Source: Pelomyxa schiedti
Lineage: Eukaryota > Protista > Evosea
Assembly: GCA_020536535.1 (NCBI GenBank)
Contig: JAHLWZ010000452.1
Coordinates: forward strand, 10,677 to 74,676
Length of the DNA stretch: 64,000 nucleotides
Direction of reading: 5' to 3'
The translations under genes were made by a program, and so were the position numbers. Positions 32,323-43,297 of this stretch are shown here, piece by piece. Numbering within the stretch: the first letter of the stretch is position 1; every line of letters starts with the position of its first letter. The notes under the pieces were generated by a model. It was given only the letters and a program-made list of their open reading frames with translations, was not told where the DNA came from and did no database searches.

Positions 32323-34741
32323 ATGGAACACACAGGAGGAGGGAGCGTGGTGGCGACAGGATCGAACGACAGCGGGGGTGATGTGCCAATGGAGGCGATG
32401 CGCGAGTCGGGAGACAAGTTGATCGCTACGGAGACGGAGCCGCCGCGACCGCCGCCGATAAAAACTTATCGGTCTATCTTCGCTTGGGCTATTCTATTAA
32501 ATGCTAGCATTGGTTCGTGAGATTGGNNNNNNNNNNNNNNNNNNNNNNNNNNNNNNNNNNNNNNNNNNNNNNNNNNNNNNNNNNNNNNNNNNNNNNNNNN
32601 NNNNNNNNNNNNNNNNNNNNNNNNNNGTCGGGAGACAAGTTGATCGCTACGGAGACGGAGCCGCCGCGACCGCCGCCGATAAAAACTTATCGGTCTATCT
32701 TCGCTTGGGCTATTCTATTAAATGCTAGCATTGGTTCGTGAGATTGGTTGTTTTATTGATGATTGAGGCCTGGCTGTTTCTTTTTTCTTTTGCTTTTCTT
32801 CTTCTCATACTGAAAACAATAGGTACCGGCTCCCTGGGGCTCCCTAATGCATTTTTCACAGGCGTATGCTAACCGTGACCATTCCCTCTTTTCTACTCAC
32901 TCAATTGTCTATTTTCGCTTCTCGTCTAATTTTTTTTCCTTACAAGGGAATTTTGTTGGCTTTACTGCTGTTTGGAGTTAGTGTTACACTTATGATAGTA
33001 ACGGCAGTCTACGTCTTGGAAATAATGGGACGTTGTAGTGGTGCTTTGCGGGCCAGGGTTGTCTGTGATAATCAACCTTTTGATAACCTTGGGGATGTGC
33101 AAGGAAATTTAATTGGGTAAACTACAACGATTGATAGCTCTCTGGGCTAACTTTAAGCAGTTACGATAAGATCGATTACACTCGTTTCTCCTATCTTATT
33201 GGAGGAAAGTGGGGGAAAATATTCACACTTGTCTTTGTATGTATCTATGTGTATGGGCTTCTGTGGGCTTATGTTTCCACCTTGTAAGTTTTCTCCCACT
33301 ATTGCACAATGGCAAAAATCAATAATTAAATGTAGTGGTGCAACTCTCGCCATGCTGATTTATCAGATATTTGTGAGGTCAGAGATATGTGATGTATTAT
33401 CATCCCCTCCAAAAATGGATTATCGTCATCTTAACTGTAATTTCAAGTTAAAAATCAAAGAAACTGAAACTAAGCAACCCAAAAAGGTCTCCAGTGATAT
33501 TGTATCTGCTCGTTGTCAATTGACGTATTATATGTGCATCGTGGGAATGGCTTTGCTCTGTGTGCCACTGGCCCTGTTGGATCTTTCTTCACAGTGGCTC
33601 TGGCAATTCTGTCTCTCTGTGTAAGTGGAGAGAGGTAGTGAATTTACTAAAGCATTTTTAGGGCGAGATTTTTGTCCTTCGGCCTCATGTCTGTATGCAT
33701 CCTAGTAAAAAAGGTCAAATATTGAACTAGTTAAGATAACATGCGCAATTTTCTTGGGTTTGCAAGGACCTCTCACTGATGAACCTGTTTGGACATTCAA
33801 ATGGCAGGGATTTGCACTTTGCTTTGCATCGATAATAATATCTCAAAGCATGCATTCCAAGTACGGTTTTTTTTTTTTTTTCCCACCACAGTGGCAATTG
33901 ATTGTTCCAGTATAGCAGGAGCTTGTGCACCCGTACGCGACAAATCTAAGTTGCACTGGGTGATGTTATTCATAGAAACCAGTGCTTGTTTCCTAAATGT
34001 GATGTTGGGCATGATATGCGCCACCACTTTTCGAGGACAAACTAAAGAATTGGTTGTTCTGAACTGGTCAAACTACACAGGCCGAGATGGGGGATGGGGT
34101 GAAGGAAGCACACTGTGGTGGGCGTACATTATACAGGTTTGTATTTCCTTGAATCCGACAATTTGCCTACAAACATGCAGTTTGTGATTTTGCTTTCCCC
34201 TGTACTCATCACTTTGTCAAATTACCCTCTGCTTTGTATCACGCTTGGCAACAATATACTTTACTTTGTCCCTGAGAAGTTGTCATCCCGGATTGGCCAG
34301 CGTCTAACCAGAGCTCTCTGCCTTTGCACAGCTTCGGTTCCTCCAATAATTTGCTCTGCAGCACTGGGAGATCTAGAGGGTATGTTGGCACTCAGCAACT
34401 AATCAATTTAACAACACACGTTTCTAGTGATATTTACTTTTACCGGAACTTTCGGTAAGTAAAAGTGATGCTTCCACTCATTACTCATTGAAAACACAGG
34501 GTTTTTCCTGGTTTTTTTTGTGCCCTGCATCTTCCAGCTACTATCTCAAAGATTTATGAGAAGACACAGTCTCACAGAGCGTACTATTTACTCGGGTATT
34601 CTTCCCATTTAACCACACTCCCTTAACACAAATTCCCTAGGCTGGTACAGCCACAAAATAGTGGTTGTTATCACTCTAATTACCGGCGTAATATCTTTCC
34701 TGTTTGTACTGGCAAGTGCAATAACAGAGCTTTGTATTTAG
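32323..34741 (+). CDS. TMEM104: TMEM104-like amino acid transporter (Aa_trans/SLC38-like family)
   Basis: YRSIFAWAILLNASIG|TGSLGLPNAF; LMIVTAVYVLEIMGR; FVILLSPVLITLSNYPLLCITLGNNI; multiple TM exons. Confidence 0.8.
32407..32746. other. 100-N scaffold gap (32527-32626) flanked by an exact ~120 bp overlap; assembly artefact
   Basis: 32407-32526 is repeated at 32627-32746. Confidence 0.9.
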
Positions 34742-34793
34742 CTTCTTTTTCTTCAAAAATTCCAAAACTACAACAAGCACAAAATCTGGAGCC

Positions 34794-36547
34794 CTACAAC
34801 ACAACATGTGTTGTAGCGGCACTGCTGGTAGTCTGATTAGACGACAGAGGGCCCAACACCCTCCTCCTTTTGTGTTCAACAGGCAAAGGCCCTTTGTTTG
34901 CAAATTGCCGTTGCAACGAGGTGATGTCACCATCAGAGGAAAACCACACCACGGACGATGTGTCTGTTGGCGTATCTTGCGTTAGCTCCCGGAAAAATTC
35001 GTGTCTGTGTGGTGGTAAGAGAAAGAAGGGTCAGGTAAAAAAGGAGAACCTCAGGACTTTGAAGAGGTTTGTGCCATCCCTGATTAACTTCTTGAGATGG
35101 AAAAGTAAATGCTGCTGGTGCTTGATAGGATCCTCGTTGGCAACGGCACTTGGATTTATTGTTTCCGAAGTGGGAATGTTCTCTTTTCCTTCCGGTGGGG
35201 TTTGCACTTTGGAGGAATCCCACCGAGGAGCACACGCTTTCATTACATTCAATAGAGATTCATTATCCAATGTGGGACTGAAAGAACCGTGGAATAGTCC
35301 CTAATTTTCGTAACAAAACAATGCATTAAAGGAAAATGCTGCCGGTACCTTTGGATTTCCTACTACCTCACCAGATGGGAGTTGGATCCGTGACAATCCT
35401 GTGTAACTATTAATCCACTGGTGAAATTTTGGTGTAGTGGAGTTTAAAAGCACACCGAAATCAATCAAAGTTACCAGTGTGTTATTGGTAAACCAAACAG
35501 TGCCTGCATCATGGTAAGCCAAGTGAGTTTTGCCTGAAACTGCTTGGAGTAAAATGTTGCCAGAATGGAGGTCATTGTGATTGAACTCCAAGTCTCTCCG
35601 TGCTATAGCCAGGGCATATAGGATCTGAGAAAATTTGAACCCAAAAGCAATAAAGGCCTTCACCTACCTGAAAGAAGTAGCACTTGAACTCGTAAAGGGA
35701 TAGTCTTCTTTCTTGCACTAAGGAACGCAGACTGGTGTCTGCGAATTTCAATACAATAACGAGGAACTCTGTCCCATTTAATGCAGGGGGATTTCGAATA
35801 TCTTGGTAGTAAAGGGGAGTTGTTACCTGTAAAAATGATCAATTCATCATGTTGCTAAAGCAGGACTACCTTAAACCACCGAGAAAGCTCCACAAAATTT
35901 CCACATTTATTGGCTTTGGTGAGTGTTCCAAGCTGCAATAGTATGGAGAGTTCTCTGTGGGCAGTATCGGCGTTATTGGCAGAACAAGTAACTTGTCTTT
36001 TGATGGCTACTTTCAAATCGTTTAGGCCTTTTTCTTTTACAATAAAAACGTCCTGTTCGAAATGAGTATAATCTTTCTCTATCTCGTAAATATGGGCCAA
36101 ATACTCACGCTGTTGGCCTGGTAAATCGATTCCACTACTTCGGCACAAAACAGTGGTTCCAGTGCAGAAACCTCACTCGGAGTTTCCTAACCAATAAAAA
36201 AATGGTCATGCATCAAACCAAAAGAGAACACAAGATAAATCCCCTCCCACAAGCAATATTTTTCAACCAACCACGCATAAGACTACGTCCAGCAAATATT
36301 TATTAATACAACACAGACAGCGTACCTCCGTCCCCTTTGCCGCCTCGTCCGTGATCACGCTTGACAAGTCGGCGGATTCGTCAGTGCGTCGGCGCGACGT
36401 CCAAGATACGCTTCGCGTGGTGACAGCTCGCGACGTGGCCGAGCTCGCAGCCGAGCCATCTCGCGACTGTTGTTGGCGTTGGAGGTCGACCTCGACCGTG
36501 TTGGTGTGTCCGCCTCGTCGCTTGTGTGGGTCTACGTTGCGTGTCAT
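34794..36547 (-). CDS. Haspin-like atypical Ser/Thr kinase
   Basis: KVAIKRQ, RELSILLQL, CGNFVEL, QILYALAIARRDLEFNHNDLHSGNILL, LIDFG|LSRI, HEFFREL; start approximate. Confidence 0.7.
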
Positions 36548-36761
36548 CGCGAGGCGAAGGGGGGGAAAAAAACAGTGTCGAGGTCGCGGCACCAAGGTCC
36601 GCAAAGCTACAATTGGCAAAATAAAATAAAATGAGGGACAAAACGAAACCTCAGTGCCACTGCCAGAGATGACTCTTTGTTTCGGCGAGCGCTGGTTTTC
36701 CACTTTTTCCGACCAAGTTGGAAGTTTACAGGAAATTGATTATTTCTCCCTGGAAGAACAA

Positions 36762-39727
36762 CTATGTATGGAACAGAAGCACAACGGCTGTAATGTCGTC
36801 CGTTGATTCATGTTGGACTGCATACTCGACGAGTGCCTCAGCAGCGAGCTATGCAAGGGTAAATGCAGAGAAGCTGTAGGAGACAAAGTTACCTTGCAGT
36901 TGGAGTCCTTCTTCAAGGCATTACTAACAACCTGAACGGCATTCTCATTGCTGACATTGTTCCAAACCCCGTCAGTTGCTAGAATGAGAAATGTGTCATC
37001 CGCCGTTATTATATGCTCCGTCACTTCCGGTACCGCTGATAAACAACCGGGTCTTGTGCAGTTCAGTTTTCTTCTATTTTAGAGAGGAGAAATACGGATA
37101 TTCTGGGGATTTCTTCAATTCAAAGTCTCCCAATGAGCGTGACACTTCCATTATTCCAAAAAGGCGTTGGTTTTGAACTTTACCCCCATTTTCCACTATT
37201 CTTGCCATTTCTGTTGGCGTACTGGCCTACGCATTTTAATTTTACATGTTAACCACTATGTAATACCTTGTGATCAACAGAAAGGGGAACAGCAGTGTCC
37301 GACGTGCAGAGAACAGCGCGAGAATCACCCAAGTTGGCTATAAAAAGCTTTTTCCCAAGAATGAGTGCGGCTAGAACGCATGTTCCACAGGTTTTATCTA
37401 CATTATCTATGACAGACACTAGTTATTGCGAGAAAATCTGAGTACTATTACCAGCGTTTTTGAGTTGCTTTGCCAATTCCTCGTCAGTTACTTTGAAGCC
37501 TTCCTCGAGTGCCTGTTTTGGGTGCTGTGGGAAGGTCTCAACAGCAGTAACGTGATTGTAGAGATTTTGTGCGACATATGTACTTGCATATGAATCGGAA
37601 TGGCCGTCGCATACTAATGCAAAAGTTGCTCCTGGGGAGAAGTCAAGAACAAAGTGGGAAGAAGGCTACGCACCGCTTCCCACGATAATATTGAAGGTAT
37701 CCTGGTTATGGGCGTGCCGCTTCCCAGTTTTCGTGCATCCAGTGGCAGTTGCATTAGGTTCCTATGGAAACACACAGCGGTTAGATTTTGCACTGAGTTA
37801 ATTTTGTTCGCACTGGTGTGTGAAGAGTGCCACTGCCAGAGTTGGGTAGAGCAACGTCCTGAGGTGCAGGAGGAAAAGGTATCTTCGTGCTTTTAGTTGT
37901 GGAACGATTTTTTTTATGAGATAAAATCAGCTCTGCTCTTGGAGCCGTGGAGACATCCAGATCATGTGGGGAAGAAGGTGCAGAATTGATCTTCCGGTTG
38001 TTTTTTTGTGCAAGTGGCCGGTCAGGCCTTGCACTGCCAGGAGAAATGTTTCCTCTAACCCCCTGTGTACATTAGAGATGATCTAAATTTGAAGGTTATA
38101 CCTGTAGGGGAAGAGTTGCAATCCTGGTCCCATTACGGGGTTTGTCTCCTTTATTTATGTGTCTATCTTGCTCCTCAGGGCCTGAGTTACTTTGGTTTGG
38201 AGTGTCTTCTTTTTGAAGGGTCTCCAATTTCTTCTCCGTACCAGGTTGTTGAGGGGTTTGGTTGTTATTCTCCATTACTTCCGCTGTGCCCTCAGCTTTA
38301 ACAGATTGCTCAAGTGGAGGTTGGTGGGAGCCTGTATCTTGTTCTTCAGGTAGTGCGCGACTATTTTGAGTTATCAATGAAGGAGATGCAGATTGCTGAA
38401 CAATTGATGCCACCGTGGCGGGCCTATTTGATTTTGGCGTGCCTGTTGGCAATTTTGTTTCTGCATTTACACCCACGGAGCGGGAAAGTGGATGAGACGG
38501 TGTCTGCGGTTTTGATGGAGCCACATCTGGTTGAACCTGATTTGTTGCGGAGATTGTGGTCTGCTTAGGGTGGGGTGTTTTTGGTGAGTGTGGGCTTGCA
38601 TCCCTATGAGGGGACTGGGTAGGAACCTTGTTGCGGGAGGAGAGCGATTGTTCCGCCGATGTGTGTGGAGAAGGTAATGTTTGCACAGGACGTTCTTCTA
38701 CTGTTGGAGTACTGCGGTGACCTTCCACATCAAGTTGTTTTGGTAACTGAAGAGGGGGTGCTGCTGTGGGTGTGAGTGGTACTGCCTGGTGTGGATATGG
38801 AGAAATCTGGCGGTTATGTGGTGACACTGTGTGAGGTGACTGTATGCGACTCGAGTGAGGAGAGTGGGGTACATTAGGTGCCTGAGAGCCCATAGTTCCC
38901 TCATCTTGAGGATGTTGTGATTGGATTTCTTGTGAAGGCTTTCGGTGAGAAAGTGCCGCAGGTTCCTGTTCCAACGTAGGTTTGGACTGTGGGGTTGGGG
39001 GCTTGGCAGCCTGGGGACCTTGTTTTCCAACTGAGCTGGGACGCTTCTGAGGTGTAGGTGGTTTGGCACTGGATTCCCCTTGTGGGCCTGTCTCCTGTGT
39101 AGGAGGATTTTCCGTTTGGGCAACGAACGAGGTTGGGAGGTCCACAACGAAAACTTGAGTGTGAGGCGATCGGGGGTGCAACTGGCGCGAACGGTAATAT
39201 TTACGCGCAGCAGTTTGCTGGGGTTGGTTCGCTTTTCCCGAGTGTGGAGTTAGTGGCGGAATCTGAACACGTACACTGAATTGGGCATCTAGGGCGGCTT
39301 TTGCGCCAAAGTACTCAACGCCGAAGCTGTACGGATCTACCGGTTTGTTGCGCACCAGTTCTCGTGCAAAGGAGCGCAAGATCTGAGCGAAACCAGGCGG
39401 GATCTGCGGAAAGTACCTCCCTCTGCCGTTTATGTCGCACTCTTCTTCCGCAAGGCATTCGCCCTCTGACGTGGCCTGCGGCTTGTTGCGATTGTTGTTG
39501 GTAGATGCACCGAAATGGGAGAAAAACAAGGAAGATGCCGAAGACGTTGTAGAGCACGGCGGTGACAGTACTTGCCTGCCCTGCAACTGCAAACACAGGT
39601 GGAACTGGCGGCGCCTCAATTGGGCCTCGAACTTCTGTTGTGCAATTGGTATCAACAGTTGATTGCCATGTTTTGGTTGTTGCTGTTGTGTGCCTAGTTT
39701 GGTGTCCTCGGACGACAAACCGCTCAT
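36762..39727 (-). CDS. PP2C (PPM) phosphatase with an N-terminal RIIa dimerization/docking domain, IQ-like motif and long disordered linker
   Basis: IPPGFAQILRSFARELVRNKPVDPYSFGVEYF (RIIa); HNQD, VCDGH, GTC, IANLGDSRAVL, LSVDHK, VSRSLGDFELK, LILATDGVW, STDDIT. Confidence 0.85.
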
Positions 39728-40001
39728 TGCGAATTAACTTATTTATTGGAAGTAGATGTTCCGTCGCCCCAGGCCAGAACTTGGGTGGTATTGCCATTGA
39801 ACTACGATCAGGAAGCCAAGCTATCCCGTCTAGTGTAGCTCCAGATGATGGATGTTATGACTGCGTAATTTCTATGCTCCAGGCACCGAAATTCTTGGTT
39901 TGTGAGAAAAGAATGATGTGTATCTAGATCGGGTGTTATTTAACGGAAGCCGGGAAAGAAACAAACACAAAAAGAAGCCGAGAAACAACAAAAACAACAA
40001 A

Positions 40002-41769
40002 ATGAGCTGTTGCACTCTTGACAAGGAGAAACCATCCGCATGTTCATCAGAAGCCCCAGTGCCCGTGGACCCGACCATAAGGCTGACCACCACCCGCGTC
40101 TCGTGTGCAGACTTATGGGAGCACGTGCAGGCCAGGTTCTCGTGGAAGAGAATGTCGCACGGCATCACGCCAGGAGTGTACGTTCTTGACGATAGTGGCA
40201 GATACGACCCATCAAAGGGCGTATTGCCACCAAAGGACACTCCCATTCTCGTCACAGCCAACTACGCTCTGAGGTCCGCTTCTTTATTTATTTTTTCGGT
40301 TTTTTTGGTTTTTTTTCCCCCCCACTGACAGTCAAATAGCTTTGATTCACTTCGGTCTTGTATTCCGGCCAGTGCACAGCCGGTTTATATTCTTGTTATT
40401 GACACGAAGGCAATCAATGTGTGGTGCGCTGCTGGAAAGGGTACTTTTGGAACTGACGAACTGTGCAAGAGGATAGTGATGCATGATTTGCAGTCTCTTG
40501 TTAGGTGTGGAGAGAGTCAATAATATTTAAAGTGTACTTCTTTCCTCTCTAATTCCTTCATCATCATATAGGCACCGTCTGCTTATTCTCCCTCAGCTTG
40601 GGGCAACTGGAGTTTCTGCACGCGAAGTTAGGGAACGAACTGGATTTACTGTAAATCCTCCCTTCCAACACCCATCAACTTACCTGGTTATTACAGGTGG
40701 AATGGGGTCCTGTCCGAGCTGCTGATTTGCCAGTGTACCTTTCTAAATCACCAAGGAGAAAAACGAACGAAATGCGTCGTGTAGAATTTCCCATTAAGGA
40801 TCGTGCGGTACTTATTCCAGTGGAAGTACTCTCGAACTTGAAGTACAAAGCCATTATAACGGTGAGTGCAAATTTTAGGAAATTGCCTACCTAATTTAAT
40901 ATGTAGTTCTTCGCACTTCTATTTGGAGGGCTATTTTCTGCGGTAGGCTTCCTCCTTGCTGTATTCTACGGGTATGTTATGGCATTTTATGTAGCCTGTC
41001 ACCTTCTTATAACAATAAGGACTATACTATTCCCGCTCTGTCTTCCTTTGCTACCAACGAGACACTTCACGACAAAGGGTCTTATCTTAGGAGTGGTCGG
41101 CTTCTATTTCTATTTGTCTTATTGACTCATATAACACTTACAGATATGCACTCTCTCTCACTTGTTCGTTTGGCACAAGCTGGGTTGGGATTGGGCAGAC
41201 ACAACATTTTCTCTTATCACCGGCATTTTCACACTGATTGCCATGCCTATTCTTATTTCCCTCTGGGCTCTGAATTTCTCTGGATGCACAACCTTCTCTT
41301 CCAAAAGTGAAACACTGAAGGAAACACTTTGGTGGCTATGGGTAAGGCAAACACAAAACAACTGTACTCCCTTACTAACCCACCGCTCCAGTTCGTTCCA
41401 ACCATCTCTTCTAGAGCCAGCAAATTCTACAAAACAGAACCTACACTTGCCATTGATACAAACAAATGCGTTGGGTGCCATATCTGCCAAGATGTCTGCC
41501 CCCACGATGTCATATCAGGTTTGTTGCATCCAAACCAACAAAATCCTTGCAACTCAACTCATTCAATCCCACCAGTTGTGAATGGCAAGGCCACAATTTC
41601 TCGCCTGAATGACTGCATGGAATGTGGGGCCTGTGCAATGAACTGCCCAACAAAGGCAGTCACTGTTGAATCAGGAGTTGGTTGTGCCTGGGCTATAATC
41701 ATGTCAGCCATTAATGGAAGGGAAACAGTTGGTTGTGGTTGTGGCGATGGCTGCTGTTCCTCCAACTGA
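40002..41769 (+). CDS. hgcAB: Fused HgcA-HgcB mercury-methylation-type protein (corrinoid-binding domain + TM region + 2x[4Fe-4S] ferredoxin); 9 exons, ~446 aa
   Basis: Exons 40002-40273, 40340-40504, 40572-40650, 40697-40861, 40907-40971, 41020-41095, 41144-41341, 41392-41518, 41576-41769 (1341 nt, all GT-AG, in frame). Motifs: PGVY, PILVTANYALSFDSLR, ILVIDTKAINVWCAAGKGTFGTDEL, HRLLILPQLGATGV, TGFTVEWGPVRAADLP, EMRRVEF, LPLLPTRHFTTKG, LNFSGCTTFSS, CVGCHICQDVCPH, CMECGACAMNCP, GVGCA, GCGCGDGCCSSN*. Confidence 0.93.
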
Positions 41770-41832
41770 GGAAAGAGGAAAAGTGCTAAATAAAAGAAAC
41801 AAACGTATTTATTTATTATGAATTCATTCCTC

Positions 41833-43064
41833 CTAGTCCTGGTGTTGGGTGGGTGCTGTTTGGGTGTCTTGAGTTGCAGCAGGGAACACAATGAGTTGCT
41901 CTGTAGTTGCATTCGGCATAGGAGTACTTGTGGCAGTGCCAGTTGTTCCGAGAGTAGCAGTGGAGGCAATAGGAGCCGGTGGTGTGAGTGTGATGCTGGC
42001 TGAATCACTTGGGGGAACTTCTTGAGGAGGGGGTGGTGGAGGGTGCTGGGGCTGATTGGGCCCAACCCCCATTGTGGGAAGTACAGAATCGGTGACCAAG
42101 CTGACTCCCTGATTGAACCAACCCCAGAGTGCATTGATGCCGGTGGATGCGGCGCCGGTCACGCGTTCCGCGACGTGGTATTGCTGGTCGATTTCCTTCA
42201 TCTTGGCGAAGCTGGTGTTGGCGGCGGAGCTGACTTTCTCGGATATGTGGTAGTTCTGGTTGAGTTGGGACGCCTGTGTGATGATGGTTGACGTGGCAGT
42301 GGTGACGTGTTCTTGGATGTGGTACTCCTTGTTGATGGTTTTGACTTTGTCAATAGCTTGTTTATTCAGAGTCAGAACGAGTTGTGATTGGGAGAAAGAA
42401 CGCAGGGGGACCATACCACTGTTTAGAACAGCAGGAACTGATTGCATAAGGGGTTGCTGGGCAGGCATGGGCTGAGGTGGAGCGACAGAGGACAATGGCA
42501 TGGGTTCACTTGCCGCGCTCCTTTGTTCTGGTGCCTGATCCACTGCCATAGTCATTCCTGTAGGCCCGCTTCCAAGATAACCTGCAAGAACCTAATCACG
42601 TTATCATGGTGTGATATCCAGGGATATATATACTAAGGACTATATTTAATGAAAAATCGAGCTCCCTTGTATTGAATGGAAGAAATCAACAACCAAAGCA
42701 AAAACCTCAAAACAATAATAATAAAAAAGCACACCTCAGCACGCTGGGAGTACTGCGAGACTTTAGCAGAAATCAGCTGGGACCTCTGTGGGTCGGACTC
42801 GAACTCAAGCACCTTGGAGAGCAGCCCCGCCGCGCGCCGGTACGCGTCCACGGCCCCGGGGTAGTCGTGCGCCGTGTCGAGCTGGACGCCTAGCCCCGCC
42901 GCCTGCCCCGCGTCGCGGAGCAGCCCCTCCACCAGCTGCGGGTCCGGCTGCGGCACAACCACCGCCGGCGTGGGCGGAGGCACGGCTGCAACGGCTGCTG
43001 CTGTGGTTTCTGCTGACTCGACTATTGGGGCTGTGGGAACTGGTGCTGTGTCGGTGCTCGTCAT
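41833..43064 (-). CDS. MIT-domain protein with C-terminal [ILV][DN]xxYH[IV]xExV repeats
   Basis: GVQLDTAHDYPGAVDAYRRAAGLLSKVLEFESDPQRSQLISAKVSQYSQRAE (MIT); INKEYHIQEHV, LNQNYHISEKV, IDQQYHVAERV. Confidence 0.75.
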
Positions 43065-43297
43065 TTTTGCTTTTGTAGTTATTATTTCTTTTCATCACGA
43101 TATTGATCGGCTGAAGGCGGAGTGAAACGGACCATGGTACCCGTACCACCTCTACCGAACGTTAGGGAATGGCCGGACAGGTCCTGCTGGAGTTGCCATA
43201 GTGGAACATGTTCATAGAAATAAAGCTACTACAATAATCAAAGGAGCTGCAGCAAGGCCAATCAGACCCTTGTCTTTCGAAATTTGTCGGCACATCG

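Noticed and set aside
40002-40861. Interpreting the corrinoid domain as an ordinary CODH/ACS corrinoid Fe-S protein subunit (AcsC/CdhE)
   Set aside because: It has the Cys-containing cap helix NVWCAAGK, HgcA-type TM motifs and an HgcB-signature ferredoxin, which CFeSP subunits lack.
41329-41769. ORF-track 146-aa stand-alone ferredoxin
   Set aside because: Its start lies at an exon/intron border and it reads through two GT-AG introns (41342-41391 and the in-frame 57-nt 41519-41575); it is better explained as the last exons of the fused hgcAB gene.
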